Assembly (NCBI GenBank): GCA_964016885.1
Contig: OZ024743.1
Span: 108,934,001 to 108,998,000, forward strand
Direction of reading: 5' to 3'
From: Eledone cirrhosa
Lineage: Eukaryota
DNA length: 64,000 nucleotides
In this document: in pieces, positions 1 to 14,640 of the stretch
Layout: the number at the start of each line of letters is the position of its first letter
Numbering within the stretch: the first letter of the stretch is position 1
Program-made: the position numbers and the translations under genes
Notes under the pieces: generated by a model
Database searches by the model: none
Told to the model about the DNA's origin: nothing
The model's input: only the letters and a program-made list of their open reading frames with translations

Positions 1-125
1 ATTTCTGCTCTGAACCCAATGAACCCATTTAGGATGAAAGCAGCAATTCTTTGCTGAAACTTTTAATATTTGCTAATTATAAACTTTTACAAACTTGTAC
101 ACTCACGCACACACACGCCCATATA

Positions 126-1204
126 TCTACTATATAAATTGGAAGTGGTCGGACGTTGTATACGTAGGTGTAGTCGGATAAACGTGAAAACAGCTCGGTG
201 GAATGCAGCGAAAATTTACAAAGTTATGCAGAATGACCCGAGGAGGCGTTGGGTCGAGTCTCAAGCTACAAGCTTCCATGGTTACAGAGAAAATCGATGA
301 AACAGGAATTTCCCATTCACATTGAACTGAGTGTAATCTGTAAACGCAGAGGTAAATATTTCGAGAAACGTTGCAACCGAAGGAAAACAGGAAGACGATA
401 TTTTGGTTCGTGAAGACGTTCCCTGACAATGAACGGAAAAAAAAGCGGGGATAATACGTCGTTATGTGGATCGAGAAGAACAATTTCATGCAAAGACAAG
501 ACCAAGTTTGTGGTATAAATGGAGTCGTTAGACTAATATTTTATTTAAAATTACAGAACGATTTCCAGCCCCGGAGTTTAAGAATGATGTAAATAAATTT
601 GAAAACGAAAACGACAGAGGTTATTAAAATAATAAAAGTAAATAGTGAAGATTTAGGCCATTACATACGTATGCCCCGGACGGACATAGACATACATAGG
701 CACACACAAATACATACCCCCTTACACACACAGACAGACATACACAGACACACGCACGCGCGCTCGCGTGTGTATAAACCTTATGCATTTCTACAGTATT
801 TTCACCAAACTTAAGACATAGGTTACTTATGTACTCCGGATGGTCATGGACAATTTCATTTTTACAGATATTGATTATAGGGCCTCCCGGCAGATAACCC
901 CCTTTACCTACTTCCTTGGAGTCGATTGAAGCACTGCAGTGCAATGCAACACAACGTCATAACTTCTGGAGTTAGCAACCGATTTTCACAAAACTTGACA
1001 CATGTGCTACATTTGTCCTACAGATGAATGGGAACTCTCAAAATTGGAAGATATTGAGTAGGGGACCCCTGGGAGCAGGAACCCCGTTTTGGAAAAAGCC
1101 TATGATTTTGAAAAGTATAGTTTTCGAAGTAGCACTGAAGTATTGACATAAATGGTATACACATCTGCTATTTAATACCTGAGCAACGCCGGGTACCTCT
1201 GCTA
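126..1204 (+). mobile_element. Non-autonomous Helitron/Helentron-like element (possibly composite)
   Basis: Starts TCTACTATATAAA followed by a DINE-like core (ggataaacgtgaaaacagctcggtggaatgcagcgaaaattt). A second core is at ~955-1005 (cataacttctgg...accgattttcacaaaactt). Ends in the GC hairpin cctgagcaacgccggg followed by ...ctgcta abutting (TA)n. No TIRs and no ORF. Confidence 0.5.
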
Positions 1205-1365
1205 TATATATTATATATATATGGTGGCTGCCAACTCATTTTCGAGTACGGCCACTACTTTATATCCGTGTAGGAGAACCCCTACGATGCGCTGAATGAG
1301 TGTGAATTTTTAGTCCATCCAGCGACTTGAAAACTCTGGTACAAACACTTTATAGTGAGTCAATG

Positions 1366-1404
<39 letters not shown>

Positions 1405-1406
<2 letters not shown>

Positions 1407-2370
1407 TGATTAATGTTCAGAGTCATCTTCAGCATTCTCGTGTAGCACCCATCCACCATCTTAGTGAGTTTCTAGGTTAATGTCCACATCTCAGACCGGT
1501 ACAGCAGCAAAAGAGGCGGATTTTCAGTTCTTTACAAAGGTCCGACGTCCACACCGATCTCATGATGTGGCACGCCGCCCAGGCTTTGCTCTTCCTCTCA
1601 ACCACATCATCTTTCGTATTCCCAATTTTGCTCTCAAATGCATGAAGTCCTCAACTAATTCTAGCGGCTTCCCTGTCTACATTAGTGATCTCCTCTGGAT
1701 GGTCAACATTCTCTACCAGATATTTTGTTTTAGTCTCGTTCATTCTTAGCCCCACATTCATCGACACATTCTCAACCGCCTGCATCAAATCCTCTGCCTC
1801 CTTCACTGTATGTGTCACCAAAACTGTGACGTCGGCAAATTCAGCATCTGATATCTTTTTCGCCTTAACTCACCTGCTCTGAGCCGGTGCTACAGTAAAG
1901 CCAGAGTCCTGGTGTTACTCCAGTGCAAGGCGCATACAATAGTCCACTATGATGATAAAAATATAGGGAGCCAATGTATCACCATGGAGCACTCTTGCCA
2001 GTATCACAAAGAACTCTGTCATCCCATCAGGTTTAATGACTTGGACATTGGTGTTGGTGTAGAGCAATATACACTGAGGATGAAAAACTCAGAGCTGTAT
2101 GGGAGCCTCCTAAAAGTCAGCCCAAAATGACACAGAGGAGACTGAGGTTAGCTGGACATGCTCACCGACATCCAGTGTTGACATTGCACTCAGTGCTCCT
2201 GTGGGAGCCCCTACATGGACACACTGGAAGGGGAAGCCCTAGGTTAACGTATGTTGATGCCCTAATGACAGACACTGGTCTGTTTGAGACGCAAAATAAT
2301 GGCAAAAATAATGAGGAACAGAGACCGCTGGAGAGAACTCGTCCATGGATCCGAGGAAGTTTACCCGCCC
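1405..2370. mobile_element. RTE-X/RTE-like LINE, 5'-truncated with 5' inversion
   Basis: Minus part 1405-2064 reads VLHGDTLAPYIFIIIVDY...DAEFADV...LLYRSEMWTLT..MVDGCYTRMLKMTLNI (RT core, with stops). Plus part 2065-2370 continues ELYGSLLKVS..RRLRLAGHAHRHP...LWEPLHG..GRGSPRLTYVDAL (RTE C-terminus). Confidence 0.85.
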
Positions 2371-2502
2371 TAGAATATATATATTTCGGTTTTGAAATTG
2401 TTTTCTGAGATTTCTTATCTGAAGGCGTCTGTTGAAACATATATTGTTATACTCTGGGAGGGACATGTTGCCAATTAAAGCGCGCAGGTCCTGTAGAATC
2501 TC

Positions 2503-2566
<64 letters not shown>

Positions 2567-2715
2567 GTTATTCCGGGTTGAATCGGAGGTAACCTCAGTA
2601 AGTAAGGTACTCAGTACATTGCAGAGTATAATAGATTTAATATAGATGCGATTCTACAGGACTAGAACTGTTTCATACTTTAGAAATCATGAGGAATCTC
2701 CTATATATATATATA

Positions 2716-3445
<730 letters not shown>

Positions 3446-3449
3446 ATAT

Positions 3450-3870
3450 ACAAATAGCAGAAAAAGCTTGGACGCTCAGGGATAGCGATCAAAAGTTTAC
3501 CCTAAAATGGGAGAAATTAGCTAAAACCCAAAGCTTTTCCAGGAGCCAAAATTTCTGCAAATTGTGTAATCTTGAGATTTATTACATAATCACACACAAG
3601 AAGAAACTGCTGAATAACAGAATTGAACGAACATTATTCTGCCGTCACAGAACTAAAACCCTTTTTTCCCACTACAAGCCGAATATTACATAAAAGAGGG
3701 ACATCCCCCAACTATATAAACCTTAATCTAGTTAGAAAAATATAAAAACAATCTCTTCTCAACATATATTAATAACCTTAAATTACCACACTAATAATGG
3801 AAAGATATGCTGATGAGAATAGGTGCAAATATGCGATAATGAATGTGTCTAAAAACGTCCATAAGTATGT
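3450..3870 (+). mobile_element. 3' end of a PLE (GIY-YIG C-terminus, Hydra-clade-like) with decayed HHR
   Basis: IAEKAWTLRD...LKWEKL...CKLCNLE...LLNNRIE...CRHRTK, stop at 3693. Downstream: tatg-CTGATGA(3810-3816)...taggtgca/tgtgtcta...aaaacgtc-cata. Confidence 0.8.
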
Positions 3871-4008
3871 ATATATATGTGAAAATGTATATAAATAAGT
3901 AAATATATATATATGTTTGATGTGTATAGTTAGATGTAAGTGTATTCATGTATTAAAGTGCTTATATATATGTATATATATATGTGTATGTATGTGTATA
4001 TATGTATA

Positions 4009-4083
<75 letters not shown>

Positions 4084-4389
4084 GTATGTGTGTGTATGTG
4101 TATGTATATATGTGTATATAGATGTGTATGTATGTGTATGTGTGTACACATGGACTAGAGTAAGTATGTATATATGTGTGTGTCTATACGTGTGTATATA
4201 AAGATAAGTTGAGTATGAAAATGTATACACACGAGCGCGTAAGTATGTACATGAATACATGTGTGTATATATATGTGTATGCATGTGTATATATATGTAA
4301 GTATGAATATGTGAATTGTGAGTATATGTATTTTGTAGAGGTGTGCAAATATATTTGTGTGTGAATGCATGGGTGAAAGGATACGTACA

Positions 4390-4822
4390 CTTGAAAGAAA
4401 AATTTAAGTCTGAATGTTAATTAAGTGCAAACACAAAACCAACCACGCATATCTTTACTATCTCTAATCCTTCTATAAATTTAGAAAAATAACCAATAAT
4501 ATATTCTATAAAAAATGTCAAAACAACAGATGGGAATCTAATTACTCACTGCCACCAAGAATTCTCACTGCTATCGAAAAACCACTCCTTCAACTATTCT
4601 TCTAACAACTTCACCCCTCCCTCCTAATATTCTCTATAAAAACTAAATAGGTCCTCAGTAATATTATTCTGATGAAATGACAGTAAATAATAACATTGAA
4701 ATATTGAATGTCTGCATAACTAAAAGTTTGTAGATAGCAGCTGTTTTAGGTTATGTAACTGTTATAGAAACACGTGTCAATAAATTCCTTTCAACTAAAC
4801 TGTATCCATTCAAATCTTTCTA
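4390..4822 (+). mobile_element. Second, older PLE 3' end carrying an intact HHR core
   Basis: Decayed frame INLEK*PIIYSIKN...NLITHCHQEFSLL resembles the same GIY-YIG C-terminus. It is followed by the HHR, AATAAA and a (TA)n junction. Confidence 0.55.
4664..4783 (+). ncRNA. Hammerhead ribozyme, type I, intact core
   Basis: Stem I ttatt/aataa; CTGATGA 4669-4675; stem II atgacagt/actgttat with inner helix gcataactaaaa/ttttaggttatgt; GAAA 4767-4770; palindromic stem III CACGTG; GTC site, cleavage predicted after 4778. Confidence 0.8.
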
Positions 4823-4919
4823 TATATATATAGTCATATTGTTGTAATAATTTTGCCAGAAATAGTAACAGAACACACTCACTGTTTGGTTGGTTCTCGC
4901 TTCTGTATCTTTTATATCT

Positions 4920-5720
4920 CCACAGTTAATTCATTTGTTCCTCGGGCAACTTCAACGATTCATCCAGTGTCTCTCCACGTGAACAGTTGCAAATCCACCA
5001 ACTATTCTGGGTTCAGTTTATCTCCTGTCAATCATTTACATTCCACTAAGGAGTTGCCTACAACATCGATGCCCGAATTGCTGGACACCATGATAGGGAC
5101 GTCACCAGCATATGCTTGCGCAGCTCTTCCACTTTCCGGTTCGAGCGGGATGCTCTGCAACATCTCCAAATTCCTCAATAATGGCACTTGAGTCTGTACG
5201 TACAGAATTGCGGAGAGTGGGTACAGTTGACAAACTGATCGTATGATCTGAAACGGTAACCAAAGGTGGTCATTTACTTTGATCTCCGAGCACATGCCGC
5301 TGTGTATGGCAGCGATTCAGCCTCTGAAGTCGAAACCGAAGCCAGCTATCTTGAGAACAACCTCCAGGTGTCGATGATCGACCATATAGATCGATTTCGA
5401 TTGATCTACAATTAGCATAGCCCCAACGATGACAGGTTTACACCATACTTTCTCGATGGTGTATCGCATGAGGTGGACGTTGTCTTGTATGGAGCTGGAG
5501 AGTTTCGCGCGAGGCCGTTGAGGCAGGGACAGAAGTCTGGCGTCTCCGACTCTTCGACCTCCCCGAAAGGTCGAGCAAATTGCTGGCGAAATGCTGCACA
5601 CAGCTGCATGGAATCGTTCATGTGGCGTCACCCTGTTCCGTTAAATCCTGAATCGTGGTCATATTATCACAGTGCGCCTCCGCTACACGGGAAGATCAAA
5701 CAGCTGTCGTTCTATCCTGT
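4920..5720 (-). mobile_element. Tx1/L1-like LINE RT remnant
   Basis: SIQDNVHLMRYTIEKV...DQSKSIYMVDHRHLEVVLKIAGFG, SVCQLYPLSAILYV and AYAGDV align by eye with the element at 45420-48900. Confidence 0.8.
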
Positions 5721-6715
5721 CATAGTGCATGAGCCTTAGCTCTGACAATGTAACCATCAATTTGCATTGAAAAAAATGGTCTAATGCTATTATCGACACT
5801 AGCACGTCAGTTGCAATACCACTTCTCATCGCCTCGATGAATTTATCTAGCAATTCCCCTCTTTTCTATTCTTTTCTAATGTTATTTCTTTATTATAAAC
5901 TGCCGACATACTCTAATCTCTTTATTGAGAACTATGCCCCACCGGTTATTGACGATGTCCCTTGTTAACTTACCCTTACCTGAAGTGGTGATCCGGTCCC
6001 TGTAAGCGTTACTTGCCGGTAATGACATGTTCAGCTTACATTAACTAGCATATACCCTATGGGTTCTATCTATGGTGACTATGCAGATCACAAATTAGGC
6101 AAGCGTTTGGAAATGCGGAGATCCTATACTGTCCTTACATACAGACCTAATACCAAAACCTATCTATATACGATGTAGATGACCTTATGCGGTTGGTCCA
6201 GCATGGTGTCCGACGCTCTACCGATACAAAGAAATCATTAACACAAGTTGACACATAAGGAGAATATATGCCCTATCAAAACAGTCGGACTTTTGATTGG
6301 TAATTATTTTACCCGCTCTCTCAGGCTGAAAGAAAACTGAACTATCAGGGATCGGATCGTTGAATATAAAGGTTGAAACTCTATAGTATAGAGTTTCAAC
6401 CTTTTACAGCATGTAGTCTATACTGTAAAATAAATATTTACACACGGCTGCGTGACCGGTGAAGAGAATCTTCTTCGTATACAGTATCCGATTAAGATCA
6501 TTATATAAGATATGCTACTCTCATTAGTGAAAATATATGGTAGGTTTGGATAAAATGATAATTAATGGATAATTAAGATATAATTTAAAATATTATGCAT
6601 GCCAAGACGATGGATATTTCAGCAGGAGAAATTTTTGATTGAAACATATATTTCAAGAAAGTATTTAAATTTAAGGACACCTCCAGATATTTTGTTAATA
6701 ACATAAATAAGCGTG

Positions 6716-6822
<107 letters not shown>

Positions 6823-7799
6823 GTGTGTATGTGTGTGTTTATATATATACACACATATATATATATATAACAATTAATGATATGTGCAACCGAAAATCTT
6901 AGTTCATGTTGTAAACAGCTGCCTCGTTCATATTGTCTTTACTCGTGTTTCACATTCACTACTCCTTCAGTGTAACTAATAGTGCAGAGTGATAGAATAT
7001 ATTGCTTTATAATGCTAATTCGAAATTGTAATTGGAATAATTCTACTACTTGCAGCCTTACTACGATTGTGCTATTTCTCTAATGACGCTATGCTATATC
7101 ATTAAATATGAATTCTTAATAAGTAAATAATTAAGACGGATTTAATTTAAATATAGCTTATAATCAAACTTTAGGCACCTTCAACAGAAGAATCAAGAAA
7201 TAGCGTTTTCTAATTACCCATATTTCATGTTAACATCTTATAATTCATAGCTGCGTGGTTAAGACATTCTCTCAGTGGTCCCGTGGTTCGGATTCCATTG
7301 ATAAGGCGGTTTGATTGAAACTTCAGATCTTTTATGACAGTAGACTAATTCAAAACTATTGATTTCACAAGGTCCTTAGAACATTTGATATATGGCCGGC
7401 TCTCTGTGATTTGTATTTAAATCCCACACGTTAGGCATTCGCTCCTCCAGTTTTCGATCAATCCTAACAGATTTATGTCTAACAATTGTTATTGGGTGTA
7501 GGGATGATCCGGCTTACAATCCATTGTGAAGATCACCATGCGGCCTTGATTTCATGAGGAAGAGCAGGCATATTTTATTTGGTATACATAAGAAGAGAGA
7601 TTTGTTTTAGACAACAATGAAAAGGCCTGTGACAAACACATTCCTCTTTGGCACACACTCATGAAAGTGGAGAGCGAAGTTTTGACTTCTAGGAAATATT
7701 GTGAAAGTTGGAAGCAAAGCAACATCAACAATTGATAATTTCCGGCCCATAATTCTTCTAGCTTAAGATTTTGGCGCTTGGCATCTGAAAAGTTGCCAG

Positions 7800-8810
7800 T
7801 CGCCACGTCTCGGTCTACGCTTACCTACGATTGCAGCTCAGTCTAAGAGACGCGCTGTGGCAATGAGTGACCACACCTGCTCACCGTTAAGGAATATATG
7901 TACATGACGTAGCCACAGCGCATACTGGCGCCTCATCAACCACTGCATGCCCAGCGTTCCGTTTAAACAGTGTTGCCAGCAGATCGAACGCCTCACATGT
8001 TTAATATGTCCCTCCCACTAAATGTTGAAGAGCTAGCGCTCCAATCTAAAGCGCGAACGGGGACAAGGCATGACGGATAGGCAGTGATAGATGATGTACC
8101 CGATTTACGCATTCGCTGGCTCCTTCTGATTTTTCTGAAACAGCTACTTCTCGTCACCTCGTCCCAGCTGGAGGTCTGGACCGAACCATACCCGGAAAAA
8201 CTTCACTGTTACGTCCGACTAGCGCCCTACGATGCTGTTCGATGCCGTCGAGTTGCCTCTCCACGTGCCAAGCAGCAAACCCACCGGATTTTTCGGGTTC
8301 AATTTTGCTCCCGTCACTTTTTCATATTCTTCTAACAAGGTGCCGACCACACCAAATACCGAGGTGTTCGGCACCATTACGGGGATATCGTCCGCCTATG
8401 CTATGCCGATACAGTTCTTCCACAACCCGGTTCGAGCGGTATACCTTGCAACAGTTCCAGCTTCTGCAGTAATGGATCGTGAGTCAATGCATGGCATATG
8501 AAAAGTTGTCAGTCGCTTACGGCTGTCTACCCATCGGGCAATGCAGTCAGTGGAAATTCCACTCTGGCGTTCTACTGGAGGTGGGCAAGTGCGACGACGC
8601 TCTCGCAAAGATCCTAGCCATCGACGAAAAAGAACTAGCCAGTCTGTTCCGGAGGACTTTCGAGCCGGAGACTGTGGAGAGTTTCCAGAAACCCATCGCA
8701 TTCCATTGATAGCGAGGATCAATGTCAGTTGGAGATAAACTTGACAAGCACAGTAGTGCTGTGAGACGGAGTTCTCCGAGATGCGATTGGAATGAAGAAA
8801 CCGCTCTTTA
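7800..8810 (-). mobile_element. Tx1/L1-like LINE RT remnant
   Basis: A*ADDIPVMV...GTLLEEYEKVTGAKLN..PVGLLLGTWRG...VKFFRVWFGPDLQ matches 48050-48290. Confidence 0.75.
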
Positions 8811-9149
8811 TGCACTCGACAAAACACACACAACAGAAAATTCAGACACCACACATAACTAGCACAGACACATTCACAAAAATTAAACTACCACTATCCC
8901 TACCAATGTAAGAAAGACATAATGGTGTTCATAACACGAAATAAATAGATCAACAAAGAGGGGGCGATTTCCGCTTACATAGAAAGGCACCAAGGAAGTC
9001 TTTCCACGTGACGTGGGGTCCCTAATATGAGAGCCGCCAGTAAGAATTTTAAGATATTCCCAAAAGAAGACTCCTAAACAAGTTCACAAGGTTTGGATAT
9101 GACTGTCGTCATTGAGTCCAGGATCTCCGTCACGCGCACACTAGCCCCT

Positions 9150-9760
9150 ATACGATAAATAAAGTTTTGCATTTCTTAGTCTGTTAGGAATGAGAGGTGG
9201 GGTGGCAGTTCTTTTTTCGGAAATGCCTGTATATTGTGGTATGAACGATCTTCCTGGACTCGGACAGTTAGTTGCTGGTCGTGGGCGAGAGCAATGACAA
9301 AGTGCCTTTAGGCAGGTGGCCGTCTAAGTCCCGGCCGGGCCTAAACCACCGAATTTTTTCAGGCGTCTGGAAGTCTTTCTACGAAGGACTCACCCTTTAC
9401 TACTAGCGGTAGACTGCAACAATATCTGAGATTCCCGCTGTGATTGTGTGTGAGTAGCTGATAGGATCGGGTTGTGCAAAAGCCTCAAGTACCTGATTAG
9501 CGTGTTCCAACTGTCTCACAGGTACCTCTAGGTTTCCCGATTGTGACATTGAGTTCCTTTGTCATCTAGATCGTACATATATATAGGTTTTTCCTGATTT
9601 TATCACTAAGAGATAGCATAGTGTGTACACGATTCCAAAATAACGTCTATTCAGAACACAAATTCGTGATCTGCCTGGAGGATATAAATAGAAGACAGAG
9701 TCTGAAACCTGGTTACAGGGAGCTTAATGTCAGAGATAGCATTCTAGTTAAGCGAAAGTT
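9150..9760 (+). mobile_element. Tx1/L1-like LINE apurinic-endonuclease remnant
   Basis: FFRRLEVFL..HPLLLAVDCN, KSLKYLISVFQLSHRY, HLDR and YSEHKFVIC...PGYRELN parallel NSLKQLIGRFDLADRY/YLDR/YSDH/PGCWKLN at 46570-46840. Confidence 0.7.
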
Positions 9761-9879
9761 GACGTCCGTCAGTATTGGTCCACCCATGTCTTACTTAATA
9801 GCCCCATCTGGTGAAGTCTTTAGAATCATGAATTTGGCACTATGGCCAACTCAAGTAGAGAGATATTGTTTTCTGAAAC

Positions 9880-10340
9880 ATATACGTGTGTAGGTGGTTT
9901 ATCTGGAATTTCTTGGAGGAATTTGACCAAAAGTAGTTTGAATTCTATGATATCTGTTTCTCTTTTCGTGTATTTCTTTTGTGATTTTAAAAAGGGTGGG
10001 TCGAGTTGAGGTGAAATAATTGTACCGTGAGTATATTATGAGATGCAAATGGTTAGATAACATCGGGCCCGATGGATTTTAAAGATTTAAAGATGATGCC
10101 AACATCATTTGGGCAATGCTGATGGAATACTTTCCGCGTGATGCAGATAATAGAGAGTTCAAGGTGACTTTGGAGTAAGTATAGTTTGAACTTTTCCTTT
10201 CGACCCTTATAGTGAAGGACTTTCATTTCATCTATATTTTTTGTAACTAACATTTGAAGTGCTCCAATCGTCATAATAGTTTGTTTCGTGTGAGGAGACG
10301 ACAGTGGGCAAGTATTCAAGGTGGGGTCGGTCAAAAGTAA
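9880..10340 (-). mobile_element. CR1/L2-group LINE 3' remnant
   Basis: KLYLLQSHLELSIICITRKV..HCPNDVG and EFKLLLVKFLQEIPDKP resemble the LxLYSLxRRR...IWK and FK..LD.FL..IPDxP C-terminal motifs of CR1-group ORF2. Confidence 0.5.
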
Positions 10341-10686
10341 TGGTAAAATAATGATGGTTTGGATATCTCACCACGGGAAAGTTCTGAGACTCAAGGAAAA
10401 CATATGTGTTGCCCAGTTTAGCTTGTTATCATCAATTACTCCAAGGTCCCTGGTGTTGTAGGATGGCACGAGGATTTGATTTGATTGAAAAGAATATGAT
10501 AATTTCAGTGCATCCTATTTTACAAGGTGGAGACTTTCTAATAAATCATCATCTGTAGCAATTTGTTTTTTTCCCACCCATTAGATAACATCAAGTAAAT
10601 CCGATTGAAGGCATGCCAAGTCTTTCACACGATCTGCTATGATTCTTATGTTATTTTTCTGGATGACATCGATATTGTCATTGATA

Positions 10687-12710
<2,024 letters not shown>

Positions 12711-13329
12711 TATAGTGCGTGTGTATGCATATACATTGTAAAAAAGAATGAGAGGGTAGAATGATTTGGATATAACGTGATATATAGAATTATATATCAC
12801 AGTTTTTTCTGAACATTTTTTTTTAATGAAATATTCTCTGTAGAGAGATTCTGGTGAACTTTTTCTACAGATTTGAAGGGTATTTGTAAAATATGAAAAT
12901 ATCCAAGCCACAGATTCACAATACATTCAAGCGTTCATTTGCAAAATATAATAAGGTATATGTTATGCATTTTTTCTTAATGTGTGTCATACTCTTTTAT
13001 TATTTTGCTGTGTATGCATCTTTACGTACATAATGATGCAGAAAGGATAGAAGCTTGTTAATGTACATATGTGTTTATATATATATATATATATATATAT
13101 TTTTTTTATATATATATATGTGTGTGTTTATATATATATATATATATAACTGTTTGAGTGCTAACCCTCATATCGGATACCTTTTGATGGTCTTTCATTT
13201 TTTTCTACAACATGGATTATATATGCAGTGTATGTGGTTGATGTTTCTGAGTTTAAAAGAGCTGCGTGCAAATAAACAGACAGAAGCTGACACACTGTAA
13301 ATCAGTTCGACTTTCGCAAACGCTTACAA

Positions 13330-14640
13330 AGGAGCAACATTCCTCGCCCTGAAATCACCGCCATTTTCTACTTCCAACAACGTGATGACATCATACCGTC
13401 ATCGACCCGACTGGTTGTATACAGCACTGATCTCTACAATGCGGATCGCGCAAACTCCCCTTTTATCGTCTGCTGCCTTCTGACTCCACTCCTACATAGC
13501 AACATATTTCTTCCACAACATATTTCCACCCCACTAGCTACATATTTCCTCCACTTAACTAGAACTCATCGCCTCTTTCCTCATACCCCGGAATGCCACC
13601 AACATTATCGCCCACACATCCCACACCTCAACCAAATACTTCCTTCCTCAAATCCAATAACCTCAGACATTTACTTGAAATTCGACCATCGCCTCAACCG
13701 TCTACATCGACCTTATTCGTCTGGCCAAGCTAGTTCTCATTCTCAGCTGTTCATCTTTCTCGGTGGAGATGTACCAACAGACGACAGAGGTAGTCATGGT
13801 CTCTCGAATGGGTCCAAACTACACGAACGTATTGGTCGGCTATGTGAAGGTCCAAATCTTTTCCCAATATAACGGCTGAATTTCCTTGATATCGACCACT
13901 TCAGTGGTTTCCTTATAACATCACCCTTCTTGAAACACAAAGACACGCATGCCTACCTCGACTTCAGCTTTTCGCATAGCACCCACATCAAACAGTCAAT
14001 GCCCTACTCCCAATTTCTTCGTGTGCAGCGATTATGCAGTCGAACCCATGACTTTCAGGCTCAGGCTCATTACACTGGTAGAATATTCACCGGCGAGGAT
14101 AACCTCTACTCCTATACAAGCCACCCTAAATCGAACAAAACACTGCCCTTACACCACGGCACCATCCCTCCAATTAGCTGCCGTTTCCAGTTGCATACCA
14201 CTCTTCTAATTTACCTCTCAATAGTACAATCCTCCGTATCTTCCATCGCCTGCGGTCAGATCTCTCCACCTCTACCATTTTTACCCTTCCACCCCTCTCT
14301 TTTAAATGTAACCACAGCATTATCGTATGCAATTCCACCCTCCTTCCAACTCTATTTCTCCGTCGCAGCTCTGCTCCGCACGCCGCTGCCACACATGCAA
14401 CTTCGTCACCCACACCACCACCGTCATCATACCTACATGACATCTCTTACATGATAGGGACTCTTTCTGTTGCCATTATGGGTGCTGGTGCTCGCTGTGT
14501 GAGGCCATTTACATTGGTCAGACGGGCCGTTGACAGGTCGACAGATTCGCTGACCATCTGCCGTATATCCGAGTCGGCAACCCGTCCCCGGTTGTCCGAC
14601 ATTTCTGCATTGCCGGTCATTCCGCACGTGAGAGTGAACA
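13330..14640 (+). mobile_element. Decayed PLE, Neptune-like (RT plus GIY-YIG)
   Basis: YQQTTEVVMVSRMGPNYTNVLVGYVE (RT motif B'), DTHAYLDFSFSH..HIKQSMPYSQFLRVQRLCS (thumb) and CSLCEAIYIGQTGR*QVDRFADHL (GIY-YIG); frameshifted. Confidence 0.85.
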
